Assembly: GCA_024654565.1 (NCBI GenBank)
Contig: JANLHM010000005.1
Coordinates: forward strand, 223,647-247,646
DNA: 24,000 nucleotides
Direction of reading: 5' to 3'
Origin: Nanobdellota archaeon
GTDB lineage: Archaea; Nanobdellota; Nanobdellia; Pacearchaeales; GW2011-AR1
The notes under the pieces were generated by a model. The model saw only the letters and a list, made by a program, of their open reading frames with translations, was not told where the DNA came from and searched no databases. Both the position numbers and the translations under genes were made by a program. Each line of letters opens with the position of its first letter. Position 1 is the stretch's first letter. Below, in pieces: positions 8,204-16,072 of the stretch.

Positions 8204-10720
8204 ATGGCATCTAAAAAAGAAGTTGAAGAGATTAAAGAAGCGGTTTTAGATGAAGAAGATAAGTTGTCCAAAAAGAAAAAAAGTGAAAAAATTCTGGGGT
8301 TAGAAGATTTACCTGGAATCGGTCCTGCTGCTGCCACTAAACTTGAAAGTGCGGGAGTTTTTGATTTAATGGGGCTTGCAGTTATGAGTCCTAGTTCATT
8401 GTCTGACGCTGCTGGAATTTCAAGTGCTGTTGCAAGGAAAGCAATACAGGCAGCAAGAAATATGCTTGAACTTGGATTTAGTGATGGAATTGAATTTGCA
8501 AAAAAAAGGTCAAATGTTCTTTATATTACAACTGGAAGTAAAAACTTTGATGAACTTCTGGGTGGGAGAGGGGTTGAATCAAGAGCGATAACGGAGGCAT
8601 TTGGAGCATATGGGTCTGGGAAAACGCAATTAGGATTGTCTTTAGCAGTGAATGTGCAACTTCCTATTGAACAAGGAGGAGCAGGGGGAAAAGCAGTGTA
8701 CATTGACACGGAAGGAACATTTAGGCCTCAGAGAATAAGGCAAATTGCAGAAGGAATTGGGGCTAACCCAGAGATGGTTCTAAAAAACATTCTTGTTGCT
8801 AGAGCTTTTAACTCGGACCACCAAATACTTCTTTTAGAAAAAGTTTCTGAATTAATAAAATCAGGGGAGCCAATAAAAGTTGTTGTAATTGATTCCTTAA
8901 CTGCTCACTTTAGGGCAGAGTTTGCAGGAAGAGGTCAACTTGCAGACAGACAACAAAAACTTAATCGGTATATGCATGAATTGATGAAGTTAGCAGAGAG
9001 TCATAACCTTGTAGTTTATGTAACAAATCAGGTTATGGCAAATCCCGCGCAGATGTTTGGAGACCCAACAACTGCAATTGGTGGAAATATTGTTGGACAT
9101 GCATGTTTAACGGGGGACAGTTTAATTCAATTGAATGACGGGAGAATTAAGGAAATTAGAGATATGAAAAAGGAAAAAGTTTTCTCTGGAGATCTATCAA
9201 CTTTAAAATTTGAGGTTGCAAATTCTGATAAAGTTTTTATTAATCCTAGTGTAAAAGAAGTCCATACAATTCAAACGACAAACGTTATAGAATGTTCTGA
9301 ACTTCATAAATTTTTTAGTGTTAGAGGTTTTTCTTTAATTGAAAAAGAGGCAAAAGATTTGAGAGAAGGAGATTTTATTGCTCATGCAGGGAAAGTTGAA
9401 ATTCATGGGGAAAGTCAAAGACTACCTTTGGTTAACGTCAAAAGGATTGGGAAAATTTCTGAGGAAGAAGGAAAATTGGTTTCAAATGAATTAAAAAAAG
9501 AGAATGTTACAAGAAAAGAAATTTGTGAAAAGGTGGGAATCACTCAGAGGCAATTTAGAAGGGTTCTTAATCAGGCTTACCCTGCAAATATGGAAGTATT
9601 TAACAAACTTGGTGAACACTTCTCTCAAAAGATGCAACTGCAAGTGCTACCATTTTACACTTATAAACACAAAAGTTTGATTATGCCTGAAGTAATGAGT
9701 TCGGAACTCTCTCAAATTTGTGGTTATTTCATTGGAGATGGCAATTTTGAGGAAAGAGGTTTGAGGTTTAGGGATGCAAGAGAAGAAGTTTTGCAAGTAT
9801 ACAAAAATTTATTCAAGAATATTTTTGGCGTCGAAGGGAGTATAAAGAAGATGAAAACCAAAAATTGTTTCACTTTAAACATAAATTCAAAGGAGATAAA
9901 AGATTTATTCACCCTCCTCTTACCGGATATTTTAGACATTATTGCAAAGTCAAAGAAGGATGTTGTTGGAAAATTTATTAAAGGGTTTGTCGATGCAGAA
10001 GGTCACATTGACCAAAGAAGACCGAAAATAAATATCTCTCAAAAAGAAAAACAGATTTTGAAATATTTACAGCTGTTTTTACTCAGATTTGGGATAAGAA
10101 GTTTTATTAGGTTTAATGTCGGAAATAAAAAGATCTCAAACATCTCTATAAGGGATCGTGATGTTAAAGATTACCTTCAGATTGGATTTAGTGCAAATGA
10201 TAAACAGAAAAAATTGGTAAATTGGTCAGAATATTGTCAAAAAACTTATGATAAAGAGATGATGCCTCTTGAAAGAAAAGAAATTTGGAACTTGTTAAAA
10301 GTTGCAGGCATAAAACCTTCTTGCGTTATTAAATCAAGACCTTCAGGTTACAAATGGATTAATAGGAGAGATTTGGAAAAAGCCCATTTCACCCTCATGA
10401 ATACTGAAATTAAAGACAGACAAATTAAACAGAAAGTTGAATTCATTTTTAAATTGCTCAACTCTGACTTGAGGTTTGAGAAAATTCAAAAAATAAAAGT
10501 GGCGGGAAATAAAAATAAGTCTTTACTTTATGACTTCTCTGTCCCAAAAAATGAAAATTATGTGGCGAATGGTTTTGTGGTTCATAACTCAACCTATAGA
10601 CTTTACTTAAGACGGGCAAAACAAGGTTCGAGAGTTGCAAAATTAATTGACAGCCCAAGTTTACCTGATGGAGAGGCAATTTATTACGTCACAAATCACG
10701 GAATAAAAGATAAAGAGTAA
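8204..10720 (+). CDS. radA: RadA recombinase (archaeal Rad51/RecA homologue) interrupted by an intein
   Basis: HhH LEDLPGIGPAAATKLESAGV, Walker A GAYGSGKTQ, Walker B KVVVIDS, GGNIVGHA | intein | STYRLYLRRAKQGSRVAKLIDSPSLPDGEA. The joined exteins total 343 aa, a normal RadA length. Confidence 0.95.
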   Translation: MASKKEVEEIKEAVLDEEDKLSKKKKSEKILGLEDLPGIGPAAATKLESAGVFDLMGLAVMSPSSLSDAAGISSAVARKAIQAARNMLELGFSDGIEFAKKRSNVLYITTGSKNFDELLGGRGVESRAITEAFGAYGSGKTQLGLSLAVNVQLPIEQGGAGGKAVYIDTEGTFRPQRIRQIAEGIGANPEMVLKNILVARAFNSDHQILLLEKVSELIKSGEPIKVVVIDSLTAHFRAEFAGRGQLADRQQKLNRYMHELMKLAESHNLVVYVTNQVMANPAQMFGDPTTAIGGNIVGHACLTGDSLIQLNDGRIKEIRDMKKEKVFSGDLSTLKFEVANSDKVFINPSVKEVHTIQTTNVIECSELHKFFSVRGFSLIEKEAKDLREGDFIAHAGKVEIHGESQRLPLVNVKRIGKISEEEGKLVSNELKKENVTRKEICEKVGITQRQFRRVLNQAYPANMEVFNKLGEHFSQKMQLQVLPFYTYKHKSLIMPEVMSSELSQICGYFIGDGNFEERGLRFRDAREEVLQVYKNLFKNIFGVEGSIKKMKTKNCFTLNINSKEIKDLFTLLLPDILDIIAKSKKDVVGKFIKGFVDAEGHIDQRRPKINISQKEKQILKYLQLFLLRFGIRSFIRFNVGNKKISNISIRDRDVKDYLQIGFSANDKQKKLVNWSEYCQKTYDKEMMPLERKEIWNLLKVAGIKPSCVIKSRPSGYKWINRRDLEKAHFTLMNTEIKDRQIKQKVEFIFKLLNSDLRFEKIQKIKVAGNKNKSLLYDFSVPKNENYVANGFVVHNSTYRLYLRRAKQGSRVAKLIDSPSLPDGEAIYYVTNHGIKDKE
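9104..10588 (+). mobile_element. Intein (495 aa) with LAGLIDADG homing-endonuclease domain inside radA
   Basis: The intein starts with Cys (CLTGDSLIQL, block A; tgt at 9104-9106) and ends VVHN followed by +1 Ser (aac 10586-10588, tca 10589-10591). Two LAGLIDADG motifs are present: ICGYFIGDGNF and KGFVDAEGHI. Block B is SELH. An HTH-like insert reads TRKEICEKVGITQRQFRRVL. Confidence 0.9.
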
Positions 10721-10722
10721 AA

Positions 10723-11001
10723 ATGGAATTGAATCAAAAGAGTTATATTTATCTTGTTGGAAAGTTTTATGATACGAGTTTTGAGTCAGAACCTAACCCT
10801 GAAAGTAATTATGATCTCATTATTTATGACCTTCCTCAAGAAAAGGAATCGCGAGCAATTTCATCCCTTGAAGGAATTTTTGTTACTGAGAAGGAATTTT
10901 TAGGATTTTTTCTGAAAGGTAAAGGAAATCCTGTTTGCAGGAGAAATCAAGTAAAAGAATTTGAAGAGCGGTACTCAGGAAAATTTTATTTTAATCAATA
11001 A
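10723..11001 (+). CDS. Hypothetical protein (92 aa), starts 2 nt after the radA stop
   Basis: This is an ATG ORF on the same strand immediately after radA, with coding-like composition. I recognise no motif. Confidence 0.4.
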   Translation: MELNQKSYIYLVGKFYDTSFESEPNPESNYDLIIYDLPQEKESRAISSLEGIFVTEKEFLGFFLKGKGNPVCRRNQVKEFEERYSGKFYFNQ

Positions 11002-11012
11002 AGATAATAAAA

Positions 11013-11084
11013 CATCCCCCCGAGGAATTGAACCCCGACCTCTTCGACCGCAACGAAGTGTTCTGTCCGTTGAACTAGGGAGAT
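11013..11084 (-). tRNA. tRNA-Arg (anticodon GCG)
   Basis: Reverse complement folds as a 72-nt cloverleaf: ATCTCCC TA GTTC AACGGACA GAAC A CTTCG TTGCGGT CGAAG AGGT CGGGG TTCAATT CCTCG GGGGGAT G. U8, GG in the D loop, TTCAA T loop and G53:C61 are present. No CCA is encoded. The 1:72 pair is A:U. Confidence 0.9.
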
Positions 11085-11133
11085 AAATTTAGATTTTTTA
11101 TGTAAATCAAGTTTTTTATTTTTATTGAAAATT

Positions 11134-11649
11134 TTATTTTCTCAAAGAAATTAAGTCATGAATGTTTTGGTAAGAATGCAATTCTTCAGGTTTAAACCAA
11201 ACAGGAATTTCAATTTTGGCATCTTCTTCGTTTCCTGAAGCATGCACAAGATTTCTTACCATTATTTCGTTTGCATTTGCGTACTCTTTTGAGATGTGGG
11301 CAAAGTCTCCCCTTATTGTTCCTGCTGGGGACTCTTCAGGGTAAGTCAAACCAACAATTTTTCTTACAATTTTTATTGCTCCTATTCCCTCTAAACAAAT
11401 TGCCATGACTGGTCCTTCCTTTAAATATTGGACAAGTTCTTCCCTTACATTTTTTCCATATTTTATCAAGACGTCTTTGTATTTTATTTCAAGGTCCTCT
11501 CTATAGTGTTTTCTTGCAAAAATTTCATCTGCCCAGACCATTTTTATTCCAACAATTTTTAATCCTACATTTTCAAATCTTTTTATTATTTCTCCTGAAA
11601 GAGATCTTTGCACTCCATCAGGTTTTATTAAAATAAGTGTTCTTTCCAT
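11134..11649 (-). CDS. ndk: Nucleoside diphosphate kinase
   Basis: MERTLILIKPDGVQRSLSGEIIKRFENVGLKIVGIKM, GTIRGDFA, and NLVHASG containing the catalytic His. Confidence 0.9.
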   Translation of the reverse strand: MERTLILIKPDGVQRSLSGEIIKRFENVGLKIVGIKMVWADEIFARKHYREDLEIKYKDVLIKYGKNVREELVQYLKEGPVMAICLEGIGAIKIVRKIVGLTYPEESPAGTIRGDFAHISKEYANANEIMVRNLVHASGNEEDAKIEIPVWFKPEELHSYQNIHDLISLRK

Positions 11650-11665
11650 CCTTTTGCGAAACAGA

Positions 11666-11678
11666 ATTTATTTAAAAA
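11666..11678 (+). promoter_or_regulatory. TATA-like box for udg
   Basis: ATTTATTTAAAAA is centred about 26 nt upstream of ATG 11698. Confidence 0.4.
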
Positions 11679-11697
11679 GATTTGTTTTCTTTTGTAG

Positions 11698-12279
11698 ATG
11701 GTTGAACCAGAGTATATACGTCTTGTTAAGGAAACCGAAATATGCAAAAATTGCACAAATATTGTTGTTGGAAAGGGAAATCTAAATGCAGATATTCTTT
11801 TTGTTGGTGAAGCTCCTGGAAAGAATGAGGACTTGGAGGGGCTACCTTTTGTTGGAATTGCCGGAAAAAATTTGGATAAACTTCTTCAAAATGTGGGATT
11901 GAGTCTAAAAGAGGTTTACATTGCGAATATCTTAAAGTGTAGACCTCCCTTGAACCGAAATCCTTTACCGGATGAGATAAAAGCTCATACTCCTTGGTTA
12001 GTCGAGCAAATAAAAAAGATAAAACCAAAAGTCATTTGTTCACTTGGGAACTATGCCACCAAATTTTTTTTTGCTGAGGGAAAAGTTGAAGATATGGATA
12101 AACAGCCAGGAATCACGACTATTCATGGAAAAGTAAAGATGATGGAATTTCAAGGCCTCAAAATCAAACTTATCCCCTTGTTTCATCCTGCTGCAATTAT
12201 TTACAAAAGAGGTTTGATTCCTCTATGGGAAAAGGATATGGAAGTTGTGAAAAAAGAGATTTTTGAAAGTAATATGTAG
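11698..12279 (+). CDS. udg: Uracil-DNA glycosylase, family 4 (Fe-S type)
   Basis: CKNCTN ... ADILFVGEAPGKNEDLEGLPFVGIAGKNLDKLL (GEAPG motif) ... LKCRPP ... ICSLG ... HPAAIIY. The four Cys are spaced as in family-4 UDGs. Confidence 0.85.
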   Translation: MVEPEYIRLVKETEICKNCTNIVVGKGNLNADILFVGEAPGKNEDLEGLPFVGIAGKNLDKLLQNVGLSLKEVYIANILKCRPPLNRNPLPDEIKAHTPWLVEQIKKIKPKVICSLGNYATKFFFAEGKVEDMDKQPGITTIHGKVKMMEFQGLKIKLIPLFHPAAIIYKRGLIPLWEKDMEVVKKEIFESNM

Positions 12280-12296
12280 AAAAAATGATTTTTATT

Positions 12297-14150
12297 TTAA
12301 TCAAACCATACTTTCATAACACCTTTAATTTTTTTTATCCTTTTTATCGCTTCTTTTAATTCTTCTTTTGTGTTTACCAAGACAGTAAAATAACATTCGG
12401 CAAAATTGTTTCCTGATAGCTTTGCATTTGTTTCTTTAACTTTGAAGTTTTTCCTCAAGAGAGTGTTTATTATATCTGCAAGAATTCCTGACCTGTCAGA
12501 AGTTTGAACAAATATTTTGATTGGGTTTGAAAAGACTTCTTTCCATTCCGCTTTAACTTCATTTATTCTTTTTCCACTTATTCTGTTGCAGTCTTTTTTG
12601 TGTATTAATGCCTTTCTGTAAGACTTAACAATTCCAATAATTTCTTCGTCAGGTAGGGGGTTACAGCACCTTGCAAAATTTAAAAGGTGTTTTGGAAAGT
12701 CTTTTATTTCTGCTGGAGATTCTTCCCTTTCATTTAATTCTTTTTTTAGAAAGGAATCCTTTGGAACCGGAATATTCTCAAATTTTTGAACTTCTTTAGA
12801 TATAATCTTTTTTGCATATTTTGTTTTTACAAATTTTAACCAATCTCTTCTTGGTCTTTGGAATTTGTTAGTGATTATCTCAATTGTGTCCCCATTTTTC
12901 AATTCTGTTTTTAATGGGACAAACTTTCCATTAACTTTTGCTCCAATTGAGTGATTTCCCACTTCTGCATGAATTCTATAGGCAAAGTCCAGAGTCGAGG
13001 AACCAGTTGCAAGAGAAATAGATTTCCCTTTTGGGGTGTAACAATAAATTTTATCCTTAAATAAATTTAACTTAATCTCCCCAAAAAAAGAGCTTTTCTT
13101 TTCTTTTAATTTCAAAACTTCTTTTAGCCATGCAGTTTTTTTCTCAAATTTTTCATTACTTTTTATTTTCTTATATGCCCAGTGTGCAGCCCCTCCACCA
13201 TCGGCAATGTAATCCATTTCTTTTGTTCTTATTTGAATTTCAACTGTTTTAGTTCCATATTTTATACAGAAGTGAAGAGATTGATATCCATTTTCTTTTG
13301 GATTTTTGATGTAATCTTTTACCGTTCCATCCACAAGAGGATATGCACCGTTTAAAATTTCAAAAATAAGGTAGCAATCTCCTTCACTGTGAGTGATTAT
13401 CCTTACTCCAAATTGATCTCTTTGTTTGTTAAGGGGAATTTTTCTTTTTGTTATTTTTTCATATATACTGTATATTTGTTTTTCCCTTCCCTTAATTTTT
13501 ACATTTTTAATTTTTGGTTTTATCTTCTTCTCTATTTCCAAAATTATCCTTTTTATGTATCTCTCCCTCTCTCTTCTTGACATTTTTAAGAAATTAGAGA
13601 TCTCAAGATATTTCTTTGGGTTTAATGTTTTAAATGCTTCATCAGCAAGATCTTTTTTTAAATTTTTAAGTCCGAGTTTTTCGGCAAGAAACACTTCCCC
13701 CTCCATAACACTTTTTGCTTCGTCTTTATCTTTTTTGTTTTCTAATTCAACAAGTTTTGAAACTAAATGAAGGATTATTGCTTCAACATTTTCTATTGAT
13801 GAAATTATTGCCTCTTCTGGAAGTTTATCTTTTTCAAGTTTTGAGATTATAAGGATTTCTTCTAACTTTTTTTTGTTTTCTAAAATTGAAAAAATTTCTT
13901 CTCCAAATTCTTTTTTTAAAAAAGGGAAATCTCCTTTTTGAGTATCCAAAAATAAAAGTCCTGAGATAATGAGGTTTTTCTTAAATTTTTTTTTGTGTAA
14001 GTATTCTGATATCCTTATGATTTCTTTAACATTTTTACTTTTTTTCTTTTGAAGAAAATCAAGGGCTTTATTTATTAAATTTTTTTGTTCATTTGCAAAC
14101 TCTTTTTTTTCAAAAAACGACAAGAGACTTTTTTCTTCTTCTTGTTCCAT
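12297..14150 (-). CDS. Long RelA/SpoT homologue: pseudo-HD domain, (p)ppGpp synthetase domain, TGS, CC/zinc-finger and ACT/RRM domains
   Basis: Synthetase motifs GREKQIYSIYEKI, DQFGVRIIT, DYIKNPKENGYQSLH, EIQIRTKEMD, GGAAHWAYKK. TGS: IYCYTPKGKSISLATGSSTLDFAYRIHAEVGNHSIGAKVNGKFVPL...GDTIEIIT. CC motif: RCCNPLPDEEIIGIV...IHKKDCNRI. ACT: SDRSGILADIINTLLRKNFKVKE. At the HD position (AALLHDV.ED) the N-terminal region reads SGLLFLDTQKGD. Confidence 0.85.
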   Translation of the reverse strand: MEQEEEKSLLSFFEKKEFANEQKNLINKALDFLQKKKSKNVKEIIRISEYLHKKKFKKNLIISGLLFLDTQKGDFPFLKKEFGEEIFSILENKKKLEEILIISKLEKDKLPEEAIISSIENVEAIILHLVSKLVELENKKDKDEAKSVMEGEVFLAEKLGLKNLKKDLADEAFKTLNPKKYLEISNFLKMSRRERERYIKRIILEIEKKIKPKIKNVKIKGREKQIYSIYEKITKRKIPLNKQRDQFGVRIITHSEGDCYLIFEILNGAYPLVDGTVKDYIKNPKENGYQSLHFCIKYGTKTVEIQIRTKEMDYIADGGGAAHWAYKKIKSNEKFEKKTAWLKEVLKLKEKKSSFFGEIKLNLFKDKIYCYTPKGKSISLATGSSTLDFAYRIHAEVGNHSIGAKVNGKFVPLKTELKNGDTIEIITNKFQRPRRDWLKFVKTKYAKKIISKEVQKFENIPVPKDSFLKKELNEREESPAEIKDFPKHLLNFARCCNPLPDEEIIGIVKSYRKALIHKKDCNRISGKRINEVKAEWKEVFSNPIKIFVQTSDRSGILADIINTLLRKNFKVKETNAKLSGNNFAECYFTVLVNTKEELKEAIKRIKKIKGVMKVWFD

Positions 14151-14165
14151 GATAAAATTAAAATT

Positions 14166-14309
14166 CTAATTTATATATTCTTTTGTTTTTTTGCCTTTTC
14201 CTGAAAAATTCAAGAATTTATAGTGTGCGTCCTTTGTATCAAGATTACACCTTTTACACTTTTCTAAGAAAGTATATTTTTTGCATTTTTCACAAATTTT
14301 GAGTTTCAT
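14166..14309 (-). CDS. nop10: H/ACA RNP protein Nop10 (47 aa; below ORF-track size cutoff)
   Basis: My own translation of the minus strand gives MKLKICEKCKKYTFLEKCKRCNLDTKDAHYKFLNFSGKGKKTKEYIN. This matches the archaeal Nop10 zinc ribbon pattern KC.KC..YT....C..C...TK.AH...F. The position downstream of aIF2-alpha recalls the conserved archaeal aIF2a/nop10 neighbourhood. Confidence 0.75.
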   Translation of the reverse strand: MKLKICEKCKKYTFLEKCKRCNLDTKDAHYKFLNFSGKGKKTKEYIN

Positions 14310-14320
14310 ATGTTTAAAGT

Positions 14321-14713
14321 CTACTCAAGTCCAAGAATAAATTCCCTTAGTCTTGTTGGAAATTTAACGTTGAGTTTCTCTTCAGCTTCAGAGGGTTTTA
14401 TCCACTGCAGTTCCTTTACTTCTTTTCCTCTTTTTTCTTCTCCTTCAGTTGCCTCACAAAGAAAGTATAATTTTAATTTTTCTTTGTCTTCAAGATAATT
14501 TTCTGCATATATTGAACCCAAATTATGGACAATATATCCTGTTTTTTCCTTTGTTATTTTTTTTAACTCATTATCAAGTTCTTCTTCTTGACTCAAAGCC
14601 CCTTCTAGGAAGGAATACACTTTATCTTCTTTGCTTTTTCCAACTAAAATTTTCCTTGTTTTTGGGTCAAAAATTATTCCCACAATCTTGACTTTGAACA
14701 TATTTTTTTCCAT
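14321..14713 (-). CDS. Nudix-fold protein with degenerate Nudix box
   Basis: IVGIIFDPKTRKILVGK...YSFLEGALSQEEELDNELKKITKEKTGY aligns to GX5EX7REUXEEXGU. The G, first E, one E of the EE pair and the GU are kept, but RE is KI and the last E is K. There are 11 nt between its stop and the nop10 start. Confidence 0.55.
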   Translation of the reverse strand: MEKNMFKVKIVGIIFDPKTRKILVGKSKEDKVYSFLEGALSQEEELDNELKKITKEKTGYIVHNLGSIYAENYLEDKEKLKLYFLCEATEGEEKRGKEVKELQWIKPSEAEEKLNVKFPTRLREFILGLE

Positions 14714-14773
14714 ATTTTTTTAGAGATGTTTGGTATTTAAGGATTTCTAATCTTTTTTGAGTGATTTAAAAAT

Positions 14774-15472
14774 TTAATTATATGAAAATTCTACATTTTC
14801 TTTTTTTGTGGCCAATTCAATACTCTCAATTATCTCTTTCATTTTTTGGGTTGCTTTTTTGATGTCATTCCCGTCAATTTGAAGAGAGTAATTTCCTGCT
14901 GCAAGGTATCTTATATCCTCCCCTTTTTTCATGAGTATCTTTTTTATTAATTTTAATCCATCTGGGTCATTTGAAGTAAGTTTTATCTGTTTTTTTACCT
15001 GGATATTCTTGCTTTTGTGTTTTTTTAAGATCTCTATTATTTTAATTGCATCTTCTTCTCCTGTGAATTTTTTAAGTTCAGAAGAGTTTGATTTTGACAT
15101 TTCGAGAAATTCGGAAAGTTGGTGTTCTTTTTTTATTTTATTGATTATTCCTTCGCTTTTGTCCTTTAAAATAGATTTTAAAATTCCCCCATAACTTTTC
15201 TCTGTTTTACTCTTTTCCAGAATTTCTTTTTTTTCTTTTTCTTTTACTCTTCTAAGTGAAAGTTCTATGTAATCTTTCATGACTCTCAAGACTTTGCATA
15301 CTATCGTTTTTTTTGGGACAACATAATCTCTTAGATTTCTTATTCTTCCAGCAGAAATTTCACTTAAAATTATTGTTCCTTTTTTTTCAGTCCCATCTAT
15401 ATCTACAAAGACAGTTGTTCCAACTATTTTGTCAACGGTGCATATAAGTATATCTCCTTGTTCAATTTCCAT
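14774..15472 (-). CDS. eif2a: Translation initiation factor aIF2 alpha subunit
   Basis: S1 domain GDILICTVDKIVGTTVFVDI...ILSEISAGRIRNLRDYVVPKKTIVCKVLRV...IELSLRRV, and a C-terminal alpha/beta domain with IRYLAAGNYSLQIDG. The nop10 neighbourhood supports the call. Confidence 0.85.
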   Translation of the reverse strand: MEIEQGDILICTVDKIVGTTVFVDIDGTEKKGTIILSEISAGRIRNLRDYVVPKKTIVCKVLRVMKDYIELSLRRVKEKEKKEILEKSKTEKSYGGILKSILKDKSEGIINKIKKEHQLSEFLEMSKSNSSELKKFTGEEDAIKIIEILKKHKSKNIQVKKQIKLTSNDPDGLKLIKKILMKKGEDIRYLAAGNYSLQIDGNDIKKATQKMKEIIESIELATKKENVEFSYN

Positions 15473-15535
15473 ATCTTTTGAAGAAAAAGATAAGTTTTAA
15501 AGCTTATGTTTCTTTTTATCCTAGAGGGGTTTTTA

Positions 15536-16057
15536 ATGAAGAATAAAAAAGGGATAAGTGCAATTGTAGGCTATGTTCTTTTAATAACATTTGGAATAAT
15601 TTTAAGTGTTATTGTTTTTAATTACCTTAGGACGTATGTCCCTACAGACTCCCTTGATTGCCCTGATGGGGTTTCACTTTTCATAAAGAATTATACTTAT
15701 GACTGTTCTTCAGGAGAACTCATTTTGAATATAAAAAATAATGGGAAGTTCAATGTTGAGGGGTATTATGCTCATGGGGTGAACAATCCCTCTGTTGAAC
15801 TTGCAACTGTAGACTTATCGAGAAATTTTGACATGGATCTAAGTGAAGACGGAATTAATTTTACGGGAATCGTTTATTTTAAAAAGCAAGCTGGGTCCAA
15901 TCTAAAAAATAATGAAGAGATAGAACATGGTTTTGTTTTGGATGAGATGATTTATTCTCTTCAGATAATTCCAGTGAGATTTCAATTAGATGGAAATGTC
16001 CAAAGAGTTGTTAGCTGTGGAAATGCTAGACTTGTTCAGGAATTGGTCTGTACCTGA
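15536..16057 (+). CDS. Archaeal type IV pilin-like protein (class III signal peptide)
   Basis: MKNKKGISAIVGYVLLITFGIILSVIVFNYL is a short basic leader ending in Gly followed by a hydrophobic helix, as in archaeal pilin N-terminal domains. I prefer the internal ATG at 15536 (GAGGGG 7-14 nt upstream) to the tracked start at 15506. Confidence 0.6.
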   Translation: MKNKKGISAIVGYVLLITFGIILSVIVFNYLRTYVPTDSLDCPDGVSLFIKNYTYDCSSGELILNIKNNGKFNVEGYYAHGVNNPSVELATVDLSRNFDMDLSEDGINFTGIVYFKKQAGSNLKNNEEIEHGFVLDEMIYSLQIIPVRFQLDGNVQRVVSCGNARLVQELVCT

Positions 16058-16072
16058 AATCTCTGAAGAAAA

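Noticed and set aside
13389-13770. Plus-strand ORFs of 63 and 114 aa inside the RSH gene
   Set aside because: Their Phe/Leu/Ser/Ile-rich, low-complexity sequences are what the antisense of a Lys/Glu-rich gene produces. They lie fully inside a well-supported minus-strand CDS.
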